64,000 bases of DNA, taken from assembly GCA_046529635.1 (NCBI GenBank), contig CP134495.1, forward strand, positions 1,694,556 through 1,758,555. The letters run 5' to 3'. Below are positions 9,688 to 19,502 of the stretch, piece by piece (positions within the stretch are counted from its first letter, which is position 1; every line of letters starts with the position of its first letter). A program made the position numbers and the translations under genes. The stretch is from Mycoplasmatota bacterium WC30 (GTDB lineage: Bacteria; Bacillota_I; Bacilli_A; Izemoplasmatales; Hujiaoplasmataceae). The notes below the pieces were generated by a model that saw only the letters and a list, made by a program, of their open reading frames with translations, ran no database searches and was not told the DNA's origin.

Positions 9688-10950
9688 ATGGCAAAATTAA
9701 TATATGATGAAACCGGGAGATTACTTTTTACAGAAGAAATGCAAAAAGAATATAAAATCTTAATTCCAGCTATGGCTCCTTACCATTTTGAATACTTTGT
9801 CCATATGTTAAAAAGTGAAGGATATGATGCTGAAGTATTGAAAAACACAAGTTTCGATGTGATTCATGAAGGCATGAAATATTCGCATAATGATATTTGT
9901 GTTCCAGCTATGCTTGTGATAGGACAATTCATAGATGCTATTAAGAATGGCGGCTACGACGTTAACAAAGTAGCCTTAATAATAACTCAAACTGGTGGCG
10001 GATGTCGCGCTAGCAACTATTTAGCCCTCATACGCAAGGCATTTAAAGCGGCTGGTTATGATTACATTCCTATAATTAGTGTTAATGCCGTAGGCTTAGA
10101 AAAAAATCCAGGGTTTAAAATCACAAAGAACACTTTGCTGAAACTCATTACCGGGTTAATGATGGGCGATTTGTTAATGCAGTTATATAATGAAGTGGTT
10201 CCATACGAGATAAATAAAGGTGAAACAGAAAAAGTCTATCAAGAAGTAAATAAATATTTGGACGAGTATTTCTATTTACCAATAAAAAAAGTATTTTATC
10301 ATCCCACCAGACTATTTGAGAGAGTAATAAAAAGATTTAGTGAAATTGAAGTGGATAGAACAGTTTTAAAACCCAAAGTAGGAATCGTGGGTGAAATCTA
10401 TGTTAAGTATAGTCCATTAGGCAATAACAATCTTGAAGAAACTTTAAGGAAAGAAGGTTGTGAAGTAATCGTCCCTAATTTACTTGACTTCATTCAATAT
10501 ACGTTTGATTCATCTCGTCATGATATATATAAATATGGAGGTAAAAAAATCGTTGCGGAAATTTATCGTTTTTTAATTTGGTTTATTGAGCATCGTCGTG
10601 ATAAAATAAGAAGGCAATGTAAGAAATATGGTTTTAGAGTTTTTACAAAATACTATGATTTACGCAAAATGGCTAAAAATTATATGCCACACGCAATGCA
10701 TGTGGGTGAAGGTTGGTTGTTGACAGCTGAAATGATTGAATTAATTCACGTTGGAGCACCTAATATTGTTTGTACACAACCATTTGGATGTCTTCCAAAT
10801 CATATTGCTGGAAAAGCAATGATTTCTAAACTTAAACGAAATTACCCAGAAAGTAATATTGTCGCAATCGATTATGATACTAGCGCAACAGAGATTAATC
10901 AGTTAAATCGCATAAAATTAATGATTAGCAATGCGAAAGGCAATATGTAG
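9688..10950 (+). CDS. 2-hydroxyacyl-CoA dehydratase / DCCP-like (HgdB/DUF2229-type) partner subunit
   Basis: Its ATG directly abuts the upstream TAG, so the two genes are translationally coupled. 420 aa with conserved Cys in a GGGCRAS context. Confidence 0.5.
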   Translation: MAKLIYDETGRLLFTEEMQKEYKILIPAMAPYHFEYFVHMLKSEGYDAEVLKNTSFDVIHEGMKYSHNDICVPAMLVIGQFIDAIKNGGYDVNKVALIITQTGGGCRASNYLALIRKAFKAAGYDYIPIISVNAVGLEKNPGFKITKNTLLKLITGLMMGDLLMQLYNEVVPYEINKGETEKVYQEVNKYLDEYFYLPIKKVFYHPTRLFERVIKRFSEIEVDRTVLKPKVGIVGEIYVKYSPLGNNNLEETLRKEGCEVIVPNLLDFIQYTFDSSRHDIYKYGGKKIVAEIYRFLIWFIEHRRDKIRRQCKKYGFRVFTKYYDLRKMAKNYMPHAMHVGEGWLLTAEMIELIHVGAPNIVCTQPFGCLPNHIAGKAMISKLKRNYPESNIVAIDYDTSATEINQLNRIKLMISNAKGNM

Positions 10951-11100
10951 GCTTATTTCTGGGAGGATTCTATTATATTAAATATACAGATATAGCCAAT
11001 ACATATATAAGCTGAGATTCTAAAATTTACCCTCATTTTGGGTTAAAACGTGGAAATCGTGAGAAAAACACATATAATTCACGATATTTAAACAAAACCC

Positions 11101-11128
11101 TTGCATTTATTCAAAAATAGTGTAATAT
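11101..11128 (+). promoter_or_regulatory. Sigma-A type promoter of the cold-shock gene
   Basis: TTGCAT, a 16-nt spacer ending in TG, then TAATAT (extended -10). It is followed by a leader of about 90 nt, typical of csp genes. Confidence 0.6.
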
Positions 11129-11214
11129 TAATATGATATATGAATGTGGTATGAGATTAAGATAACGGAGTTACCTCAATTTTTGTAAAACAATTTGTAA
11201 AATCAAAATAATTT

Positions 11215-11427
11215 ATGGAGGTAACAAACATGACTGGTAAAGTTAAATGGTTCAATTCTGAAAAAGGATTCGGATTCATCACAGCTGAAAACGGAGAAGA
11301 TGTATTCGCTCATTTCTCTCAAATTCAAAAAGATGGATACAAATCTTTAGAAGAAGGAGAAGCTGTAAGTTTCGATGTAGTTGAAGGACAAAAAGGTCCT
11401 CAAGCTTCAAATATCGTAAGTTTATAA
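11215..11427 (+). CDS. cspA: cold-shock protein (CspA family)
   Basis: 70 aa with RNP motifs [12 protein letters not shown] and VFAHFS. RBS GGAGG. Confidence 0.9.
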   Translation: MEVTNMTGKVKWFNSEKGFGFITAENGEDVFAHFSQIQKDGYKSLEEGEAVSFDVVEGQKGPQASNIVSL

Positions 11428-11440
11428 TTTCGAACTAAAA

Positions 11441-11464
11441 GCCGTTATCGGCTTTTTTTTTGCG
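11441..11464 (+). terminator. Rho-independent terminator after csp
   Basis: Stem aaagccg / cggcttt with loop ttat, followed by a T9 run. Confidence 0.75.
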
Positions 11465-11565
11465 CTTTTTTGAATTATAATGCCTACATTTCTTAAAATT
11501 ATAGTAAAGATTTTGAAATATACACTGAAAATTCAAAATTATAATAGATTTGATATATAATATAT

Positions 11566-12354
11566 ATGAAACTAAGTCAACGGAGGCAATTCATGAAGCG
11601 TACATCTATATTCATCTCAATATTACTCACACTATTACTAATATCTTGTTCTAATGGAAGGAAAGTTAAACCTTCAGGGTTTGATATATCAGACTTAGAA
11701 ACTTGTATGATAGAAATAGCAGATGGTGATCAAGCGAATACTTGTTCTTTTGATGATAGAAGGACATATTTAAACCAATATGCAGATTATTTTTTATCTG
11801 ATATAGATCATTCAGGCACAACAATATCTGTAGAACTACAAGATGTTATGTTTTATGGAAAAGAAGATATTCTCCTATTAATTAAATATTCGAATATTCC
11901 AATGGATGAAGCAAATTTTGATTATGATATTTATCAAAAGATATTTGAGGAAATATCATATGATATAAATGAGTTAACAGATGTGTATACATATGTTGAG
12001 TTAGAGTTTGAATTTCAAAATTATCTTACTTTGAAATTTGGTAGTTCAAATAACAATCTTGACAGCGATGATTACCATACCAGAGTCTTTAAATATTATA
12101 CACAAGACCAACTTGTACCCGAATTATTTGAAAGCTATTTTGGTGGATTTACATCGATTTTTACTGATGAAGCATACAGAGAAACAGATTTAATTATTTT
12201 AGCTGATGACTATACAGTTCATGTATCTTTAAACCCAGTTGAAAAGACTTACAATAATTCCATTACATCAAAAACTGAGGATTATTTTATGACCAATGCG
12301 GAAATAGATTTGGAAGTAGAAAACTTTTTGATAGATTTTACTGATTTTGAGTAA
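11566..12354 (+). CDS. lipoprotein, function unknown
   Basis: Signal peptide with lipobox LLISCSNG. Acidic mature protein. Confidence 0.5.
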   Translation: MKLSQRRQFMKRTSIFISILLTLLLISCSNGRKVKPSGFDISDLETCMIEIADGDQANTCSFDDRRTYLNQYADYFLSDIDHSGTTISVELQDVMFYGKEDILLLIKYSNIPMDEANFDYDIYQKIFEEISYDINELTDVYTYVELEFEFQNYLTLKFGSSNNNLDSDDYHTRVFKYYTQDQLVPELFESYFGGFTSIFTDEAYRETDLIILADDYTVHVSLNPVEKTYNNSITSKTEDYFMTNAEIDLEVENFLIDFTDFE

Positions 12355-12388
12355 GAAACAAAACATTTTTATTAAATGGAGGAATCAT

Positions 12389-13318
12389 ATGAGCAAAAGG
12401 AAAATAATTTTAGATTGTGACCCTGGACATGATGATGCAATTGCTATATTGTTAGCTGGAAACAATCCTAAAATAGATTTAATTGGTATCACAGTTGAAT
12501 CTGGGAATCAAACATTAGATAAAACGGGAAAAAACGCTTTAAATCTATGCCAATACTTAAATCTTGATATTCCTGTTTGTTTGGGTGCTCCAAATCCAAT
12601 TATTAAGGAAGTTGAAGTTTGTGAGCTGATACATGGAGAGTCTGGACTAGACGGATTTGAATTTCCGACTTTAACCAAAACCTTTGATAAACTAAATGCA
12701 GTTGAATTTATCATTAAAAGTATATTAGAAAGTAACGATAAAGTTACCATGGTGACAACAGGACCAATGACTAATCTAGCCTTAGCAATTAGGTTGGAAC
12801 CTAAGATTATTCAAAATATTGAAGAAGTTATCCTTATGGGTGGTTCCTACTCAAATGGAAATGTTACTCCGGCTGCTGAATTTAATATCTATTGTGATCC
12901 AGAAGCTGCACACATAGTATTTCAATCAGGCTGTAAAATAACAATGATAGGGTTAGATGTAACAAGAAAAGTTTTAGTTCTACCAGAAATAATGAGTAGA
13001 ATGGAAAAAATTCATAGTAAAGGTTCAGATTTATTCATCAAACTGATGAAGGTGTTTAACGACAATCAGAGTAAAGTGTTTGGCCTAGCGGGCGGACCAT
13101 TGCACGATCCAGTAACTATAGCCTATTTACTTGATTCTTCTGTGTTAAACTTAAAGTATGTTCATTGCGATATCGATATTTCACATGGATCTAGTTATGG
13201 AAGAACAAATTGTGATATATTTGATTATATGCATCTAGAAAAAAACACATATGTAGCGACCGCTATTGATGTTGATAAGTTTTGGAACATAATTGAAACA
13301 AGTTTAAAAAAGTATTAA
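12389..13318 (+). CDS. inosine-uridine preferring nucleoside hydrolase family protein
   Basis: N-terminal DCDPGHDDA aspartate motif. Start taken at the ATG at 12389, which follows RBS GGAGG. The six-frame ORF begins further upstream at 12347. Confidence 0.75.
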   Translation: MSKRKIILDCDPGHDDAIAILLAGNNPKIDLIGITVESGNQTLDKTGKNALNLCQYLNLDIPVCLGAPNPIIKEVEVCELIHGESGLDGFEFPTLTKTFDKLNAVEFIIKSILESNDKVTMVTTGPMTNLALAIRLEPKIIQNIEEVILMGGSYSNGNVTPAAEFNIYCDPEAAHIVFQSGCKITMIGLDVTRKVLVLPEIMSRMEKIHSKGSDLFIKLMKVFNDNQSKVFGLAGGPLHDPVTIAYLLDSSVLNLKYVHCDIDISHGSSYGRTNCDIFDYMHLEKNTYVATAIDVDKFWNIIETSLKKY

Positions 13319-13555
13319 AATATATAAGATTACATATTTAAATACTAATATTATTTATATGCCGAGGTTTTGTAGTAGTTATTTACTGCATTTGAAACCT
13401 CGGTATTTATTTTAAGTAGAAGCTAGTTAAAAACTTAAAATCCATAGTAAAACTAAAAAACTATTGATATTGTAAAAATAGTTCCAATAAAATATTTAGT
13501 TCAATTGTTTACCTTTATAGAAACTAAAATATAAGCTAATTAAGGAGTGTTGAAT

Positions 13556-14941
13556 ATGACAGGTTTTATGAAGAAGTTTATTGTAGGATTTATATTTTTA
13601 AGTATTTTATGTATTACAGGATGTACAGAGAATAGTATCGATCATTTAGATGGTGGCCTATTGGAAGACTTTGGTGGAATGGAATATGTGTCGGTAGAAG
13701 TTGGTTCAGAATCAGCTGAAACCGCCTCTATGACAAGCGGAGATAAAGTATATTCTTCAAGTAGCTCAATTAGTGAAGTAAGCAGTGGGATTATTGGTGA
13801 TATAAGTGAAGAACCAGTACATTCACAAGTGGTGTTACCAGATGCTGGTCAACTGACAGCTAGTGAGTGGAATGATCTGAATAACTACGATTCGTATTTA
13901 TCATTATTTGAAACTGACGAACTTCAAATGGCAGGAATATTTGTGAAATATTACAATAAGGGTTACTTAGATACGTTAAATATGATTAATGTCCATTTTC
14001 ATAATGAAGAAATACTGTTGTTTGGCGGAAAAGTAGAATTATTATCTTTAAATCAGGAGGTAATATATACCACATATACTAATGTGTTTGGGAATGCATA
14101 TTTGTTTCCTAAAACGGATGAATTAGATGAAATATCTAATATAGTAATTACTTATAATGGTGCAATTACAAGTTATGATTATACATACAATCAAGAAGAG
14201 ACTAGTATTGATATAAATGCAGATCTTTCAAACACTCATAAAGATATTATTGAATTAATGTTTGTGATTGATACTACTGGATCAATGGGCGACGAAATTG
14301 CATTCTTGCAAGCTGAATTAGATAATGTAATTAGCGAAGTTAAGAGTTTAAATCCAAATTCAGTAATTAAACTTGCCTTATTGTTTTATCGTGATTTAGA
14401 AGGATCATACCGTGAAATTGAAGACGATTATGTAACGAGGTTTTATGATTTCACAACTAATATTGAAAGTCAGCAAACTAGACTAATTGAACAATATGCA
14501 AATGGTGGAGGAGATTTTCCTGAAGCTGTATCCACTGCCTTATATGAAGCAGTAAATAAGAACTGGACTGATGAAAACTCCACAAAACTTATATTTCACG
14601 TGCTAGATGCACCTCCACATGAAAATCAAGAATCAATGCTTAAATATTGTGATGCTTTAAAAATAGCTAGCGAAAAGGGAATTAGGATTATTCCTATTGC
14701 GTCAAGTGGTATAAATAAATTCACTGAATACTTACTTAGAAACGAAGCTATGTTAACTGGTGGTACATATGTATATTTAACTGATGATTCAGGTATCGGT
14801 AGAAATCATATAGAAGCAAGCGTAGGTGAAGTGAAGGTTGAATTATTAAATGAACTTCTAGTTAGATTAATAATTGAATACCATACAGGCGCTAAACCTA
14901 TTGCTGATTTACTAATTGTAACTGAGGATACACAACAATAA
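13556..14941 (+). CDS. lipoprotein with von Willebrand factor A (vWA) domain
   Basis: Lipobox ITGC. MIDAS-like motif VIDTTGSMGDE. Start taken at the ATG at 13556 after SD AAGGAG. The six-frame ORF starts at GTG 13547. Confidence 0.5.
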   Translation: MTGFMKKFIVGFIFLSILCITGCTENSIDHLDGGLLEDFGGMEYVSVEVGSESAETASMTSGDKVYSSSSSISEVSSGIIGDISEEPVHSQVVLPDAGQLTASEWNDLNNYDSYLSLFETDELQMAGIFVKYYNKGYLDTLNMINVHFHNEEILLFGGKVELLSLNQEVIYTTYTNVFGNAYLFPKTDELDEISNIVITYNGAITSYDYTYNQEETSIDINADLSNTHKDIIELMFVIDTTGSMGDEIAFLQAELDNVISEVKSLNPNSVIKLALLFYRDLEGSYREIEDDYVTRFYDFTTNIESQQTRLIEQYANGGGDFPEAVSTALYEAVNKNWTDENSTKLIFHVLDAPPHENQESMLKYCDALKIASEKGIRIIPIASSGINKFTEYLLRNEAMLTGGTYVYLTDDSGIGRNHIEASVGEVKVELLNELLVRLIIEYHTGAKPIADLLIVTEDTQQ

Positions 14942-15042
14942 CTAAACTAATAGAAATGGATTGTTAATGTAATTAAAGAGACGTGATAGATTTTATCTAC
15001 TACGTCTCTTTTTAAATTTTTATTGTATACTAATTTGCGCGT

Positions 15043-15639
15043 TTAATATATTTTAATTATTTCCTCATTAGTTTTTTTTGAAATATTTGGTAGTTTATAT
15101 GTTTTTGAGCCTTTTCCACATGCGATAAGAAGGTATGGTTTTTCATTTTTAGGACGTTTTAAAATATCCCCTAAAAATTGATTAGGTGAAGGTGTATAAG
15201 TTAATATATCCAATCCATAGTCAGTTAATACGGATATTAGCATTCCAGTTGCTATTCCTATTGATATATCGGGGTAATAAACATTTGTTCGATTACCTTT
15301 TTGATCAAATTGATATGTGTGTTTAAATATTGCAATTAGATATGGAGCTTGCTCAAGAAATGGCTTATTCGTGTTAACACTTAGATGATTCAAATCAGAT
15401 TGCCAAGTTTCAGAAATATTTTCATAAAATTCGCTTTCAATTAGCTCTGATTGTATTCGTATCTGTTTTTTAATTTTAGGGTTCTTTATTATACAAAAAG
15501 TCCAAGGTTGTTTATTGGCGCCATTAGGGGCATGTTTGGCTGCTTCAATTGCGTCAATCAAGAGTTGGATATCAAAAGATTCTGTTTCAAACTCTCTATA
15601 GGAACGGCGTTTTTTTAACTTGTTTACTAAATTAGACAT
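15043..15639 (-). CDS. nitroreductase-family protein
   Basis: 198 aa. N-terminal RRSYREF...APNGANKQPW is typical of the NADH oxidase/nitroreductase fold. Confidence 0.6.
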   Translation of the reverse strand: MSNLVNKLKKRRSYREFETESFDIQLLIDAIEAAKHAPNGANKQPWTFCIIKNPKIKKQIRIQSELIESEFYENISETWQSDLNHLSVNTNKPFLEQAPYLIAIFKHTYQFDQKGNRTNVYYPDISIGIATGMLISVLTDYGLDILTYTPSPNQFLGDILKRPKNEKPYLLIACGKGSKTYKLPNISKKTNEEIIKIY

Positions 15640-15812
15640 AATCTACCTCCGGTTTATGTAATTATATCATATATTAGTATTCTAGTAATAAAACAATTAT
15701 AGATAATAGAGTAACATTTGAATTAGTTTAATACATTGATTAACAGAAAAATTATCGGATTGATGTACTAATGTAAATAGATATTGTATAATATTTTGAA
15801 GGAGATAAAAAT

Positions 15813-16091
15813 ATGGATAAAAAAACCGAAGATAGAATTAAATCTTGTGCTGGAAATGATGGCTGTGCCCCTGACTTAAATGATGGAAAAGCAATCGTTG
15901 ATAAAGTAAGGCAAGTAGCTGTTGGAGCCGGATTATTAGAAACATTACATGTTATTGAATGTGAATGTGGTTTCTCATTTGAAATGCGCCATTTTGAAGA
16001 AAAATGCCCACAGTGTGGAATGGTATATGGAGTGACACCATGTAGCAGTCACGATAAAACCAATATTAAACCAGCAGGAGTGAATTATTAA
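15813..16091 (+). CDS. Cys-rich zinc-ribbon-like small protein
   Basis: 92 aa with CxxxxxxC, CEC and CPQCG pairs. Confidence 0.4.
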   Translation: MDKKTEDRIKSCAGNDGCAPDLNDGKAIVDKVRQVAVGAGLLETLHVIECECGFSFEMRHFEEKCPQCGMVYGVTPCSSHDKTNIKPAGVNY

Positions 16092-16104
16092 AAATTTATA
16101 GAAA

Positions 16105-16140
16105 CTAAAACTACGAAATGAATATTTTGTAGTTTTTTTA
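16105..16140 (+). terminator. probable rho-independent terminator
   Basis: Stem aaactac / gtagttt with a long loop, followed by T7. Confidence 0.4.
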
Positions 16141-16191
16141 ATCCCTTTATTTAGAATTGTTTTTTTGCTATACTAGAGGAGAGGTGATTTG

Positions 16192-17007
16192 ATGTATGAT
16201 AAAGTATTAGAAGCTAAAGAATATATAGAAAGTATTATAAAATTAAAGCCTGAAACAGCCATTATTCTTGGCAGCGGACTAACTAGCATCATAGAAGAAC
16301 TTGAACAAAAAATCGAAATTGAGTATAGAGACATACCGAACTTTAAAATTAGTACAGTAAAAGGACATACGTCAAAGCTAGTAACTGGAATGTTGAACGG
16401 AACTCCGGTAATGCTAATGAGTGGTAGATTTCATTATTATGAAGGGTATTCAATGAAAGATATTACTTTTCCTATTTATGTGTTTAAGTTATTGGGTATC
16501 AAAAATCTAATATTAACAAATTCATGTGGTGGCATAAATTCAGATAAATTAGAACCTGGGACAATAATGGTTGTAAATGATTTTATTAACCTAATGCCTT
16601 CAAATCCTCTAATAGGTGAAAATGATGAAAGATTTGGTCCGCGTTTTCCAGATATGACCGAACCATATGATGTAGACTTAAGAGGTATCGCTAAGAAGAA
16701 AGCGAAGGAATTAAATATTAAATATGTTGAAGGAGTTTATGCTGGATTTATGGGACCATACTATGAAACTAAAGCCGAAATTCGAATGGTAAAAACGATG
16801 GGTAGTGACGCAATTGGAATGAGTACTGTCCCAGAAACAATTATCAGCAATTATTTAGGAATCAAGACTTTAGCATTTGCAACAATAACAAATATGGCTA
16901 CAGGAATTCAAAAGATGAAACACTCTCATGAGAATGTAATTTTAGTTGCTAATAAAGCAAGTATGAAGTTAGCTAGTTGGATTAAAGCAGTAGTAAAAGA
17001 ACTATAA
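16192..17007 (+). CDS. punA: purine nucleoside phosphorylase (PNP family 1)
   Basis: Start taken at ATG 16192, which follows RBS GAGGAGAGGTG. The six-frame ORF opens at TTG 16189. Typical PNP-I motifs GSGL and MSTVPE. About 271 aa. Confidence 0.8.
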   Translation: MYDKVLEAKEYIESIIKLKPETAIILGSGLTSIIEELEQKIEIEYRDIPNFKISTVKGHTSKLVTGMLNGTPVMLMSGRFHYYEGYSMKDITFPIYVFKLLGIKNLILTNSCGGINSDKLEPGTIMVVNDFINLMPSNPLIGENDERFGPRFPDMTEPYDVDLRGIAKKKAKELNIKYVEGVYAGFMGPYYETKAEIRMVKTMGSDAIGMSTVPETIISNYLGIKTLAFATITNMATGIQKMKHSHENVILVANKASMKLASWIKAVVKEL

Positions 17008-17717
17008 ATTTTAATTAAAAATTATTGAAATATATTGATTGAATTTAAGGATTGAAAAACAAGAATTTTTATTAAAAATACACATATATTTTTGAGGTAT
17101 TTTAAGCAGTTAAATATTGCTTAAAATATCTCATATTTTTTTGTGATTTTAGGTATAAAATATTTTGCACTTCAAAGCAACTGAACCCATAGGTGGCATT
17201 AGAATTAAAAAAAACTAAAAAGTTTATCAATATATAACGTTTAATAAAAGAATATATATATCTCTAAATTTTTTATATAAAAATACATATTGAATTTATC
17301 AAAACTCATTAATATCTTAAGATTTTCTATTTGACACATATATAGATAAGCTCTCAAACAGAAATATACTAAAAAAAGGCCTATTATAGAGGGACGGTAG
17401 AATGTAAAAAACTATTCAATGGATAAATCATTTAATATTATTCACCCATAATTATATATATAATTATTATTTTTAAAAATGATTATCTAAAATATTTTTA
17501 GATTTAAAAAATTAACAGTTTAACTTGTAATGGGTATATGTTATAATTGTTGATGGATAATTATTATAAAATATCGATAAATTTGTATCGAATTGACATC
17601 ATATATAAGTCATAGATAAAAGCGCAAAAAAGACACTAAAAATTATTAAGAAAATCCATTGTTATATTTGAAATATTTTAACTAATATTTTTACAAAAAA
17701 AATAATAAATATTTTGC

Positions 17718-17745
17718 TTGAAAAAATAAGACTTAAGAGTATAAT
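17718..17745 (+). promoter_or_regulatory. Predicted sigma-A promoter upstream of cdr
   Basis: TTGAAA, 16 nt, TATAAT, about 40 nt upstream of the RBS AAAGGAG. Confidence 0.45.
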
Positions 17746-17784
17746 GTACAATGGCGTTTTAAATAAAATTAAAGGAGTTTTAAC

Positions 17785-19482
17785 ATGGCAAAGAAAGTAT
17801 TAATAGTTGGTGGAGTTGCAGGCGGGGCTTCTGTAGCAGCTAGAGTTAGAAGACTTGACGAACACGCAGAAGTTACAATGTTTGAAAGAGGACCACACGT
17901 ATCTTTTTCAAATTGTGCACTACCATTCTTTTTAAGCAGAACAGTTGCTGAAAGTGATAATTTAGTTTTAATGTGTCCTGATCAATTTCAAAAACAATAC
18001 AATATTAACGCAAAAGTTAATAGCGAAGTTATTGAAATTAAATCTGCAGAACACAAAGTAGTTGTAAAAGACGTTTTAACAGGAAAAACTTATGAGGAAG
18101 AATATGATAAATTATTCTTATCTCCAGGTGCGAACCCTATCATGCCTCGTTCAATTAAAGGTATTGATGCAAATAATGTTTTCCCAGTTAGAAACGTTCC
18201 TGATATTGTTAAAATCGATAATTACATCAAAGAGAATAACGTAAAAGACATTGCTGTTATTGGTGGAGGATTTATCGGTGTTGAAGTTATGGAAAACCTA
18301 CATATGGCTGGGTTACATGTAACTTTAATTGAAGCAGCTGACCAAATCATGACACCATTTGATAATGATATGGCTCAATTACTTCATAAAGAAATTCTTG
18401 ACAATGGAGTAGACCTAATTGTTAGTGATGGTTTAAAAGAAATCAAAGAAGATAAAGTAGTTACTAATAGTGGTAAAGAAGTTAAAGCACAAGTAGTGAT
18501 TATGGCTATTGGTGTAAAACCAGAAGTTAGTTTAGCAGTAGCTGCTGGAGTTGAATTAGGAGTTACCGGTGGAATTAAAGTAGATGCTAACTATCGTACA
18601 AATGTGAAAGACATTTACGCTGTTGGTGACGCTATTGAAACTTATTGTACACAACTTCAAAAACCTACAAGACTTACTTTGGCTGGACCAGCTCAAAGAC
18701 AAGCAAGAGGTGCTGCTGATGATATGTATGGTAGAACTGTCCAAAACAAAGGTGTTATTGGTTCAAGTTGTGTGAAAGTGTTTGAATTGAATGCTGCTAA
18801 TACTGGATTAAATGAAAAACAATGTCAAACTGGAGAAATTCAATATGACTATGTGTATATAATTCCAAATGATATAGTAGGACTTATTCCTGGCTCAAAT
18901 CAAATTCATGTAAAACTATTATTTGAAGTTCCTACGGGAAGAATCGTTGGATGCCAAGCAATAGGTAAAGGAAACGTAGATAAGAGAATTGATGTAATAG
19001 CTGCTCTAATTACAAAAAGAGGAACATTAGACGACTTAAAAGAATTAGAATTATGTTATTCTCCAATGTTCTCAACAGCAAAAGACCCACTTAATCACGC
19101 CGCTTTAGTTGCTTTAAATGTATTAAACGGCGAATTTAAACAAGTTAAAGTATCAGATGTAAGAGAAATCGTTGAAAACGGTGGTTATATAATTGATGTA
19201 AGAGAACCTCAAGAATGGGAAAACGGACATATCAAAACTGCACATAATATCCCTATGAGTCAATTTAGACAAAGATTAGAAGAGATTCCTCATGACGTAC
19301 CAGTGTACCTACATTGCAGATCTGCTCAAAGATCATATAATGTAACACGTGCATTAGGTCAATTAGGATTTGATAATATTTATAATATTTCAGGTTCGTA
19401 TTTAGGAATTTGCTGTAATCAATATTTTGAAGATGTAACATTAAACAGAGATAAGATTGTAACAAAATACAATTTTATATAA
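17785..19482 (+). CDS. cdr: CoA-disulfide reductase with C-terminal rhodanese domain (CoADR-RHD / NAD(P)H sulfur reductase-like)
   Basis: FAD GxGxxG motif (VGGVAGGAS). Redox-active Cys in SFSNCALPF. C-terminal rhodanese motif LHCRSAQRS. Confidence 0.8.
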   Translation: MAKKVLIVGGVAGGASVAARVRRLDEHAEVTMFERGPHVSFSNCALPFFLSRTVAESDNLVLMCPDQFQKQYNINAKVNSEVIEIKSAEHKVVVKDVLTGKTYEEEYDKLFLSPGANPIMPRSIKGIDANNVFPVRNVPDIVKIDNYIKENNVKDIAVIGGGFIGVEVMENLHMAGLHVTLIEAADQIMTPFDNDMAQLLHKEILDNGVDLIVSDGLKEIKEDKVVTNSGKEVKAQVVIMAIGVKPEVSLAVAAGVELGVTGGIKVDANYRTNVKDIYAVGDAIETYCTQLQKPTRLTLAGPAQRQARGAADDMYGRTVQNKGVIGSSCVKVFELNAANTGLNEKQCQTGEIQYDYVYIIPNDIVGLIPGSNQIHVKLLFEVPTGRIVGCQAIGKGNVDKRIDVIAALITKRGTLDDLKELELCYSPMFSTAKDPLNHAALVALNVLNGEFKQVKVSDVREIVENGGYIIDVREPQEWENGHIKTAHNIPMSQFRQRLEEIPHDVPVYLHCRSAQRSYNVTRALGQLGFDNIYNISGSYLGICCNQYFEDVTLNRDKIVTKYNFI

Positions 19483-19502
19483 AAAAATTTCGTGGAGGAA
19501 AG

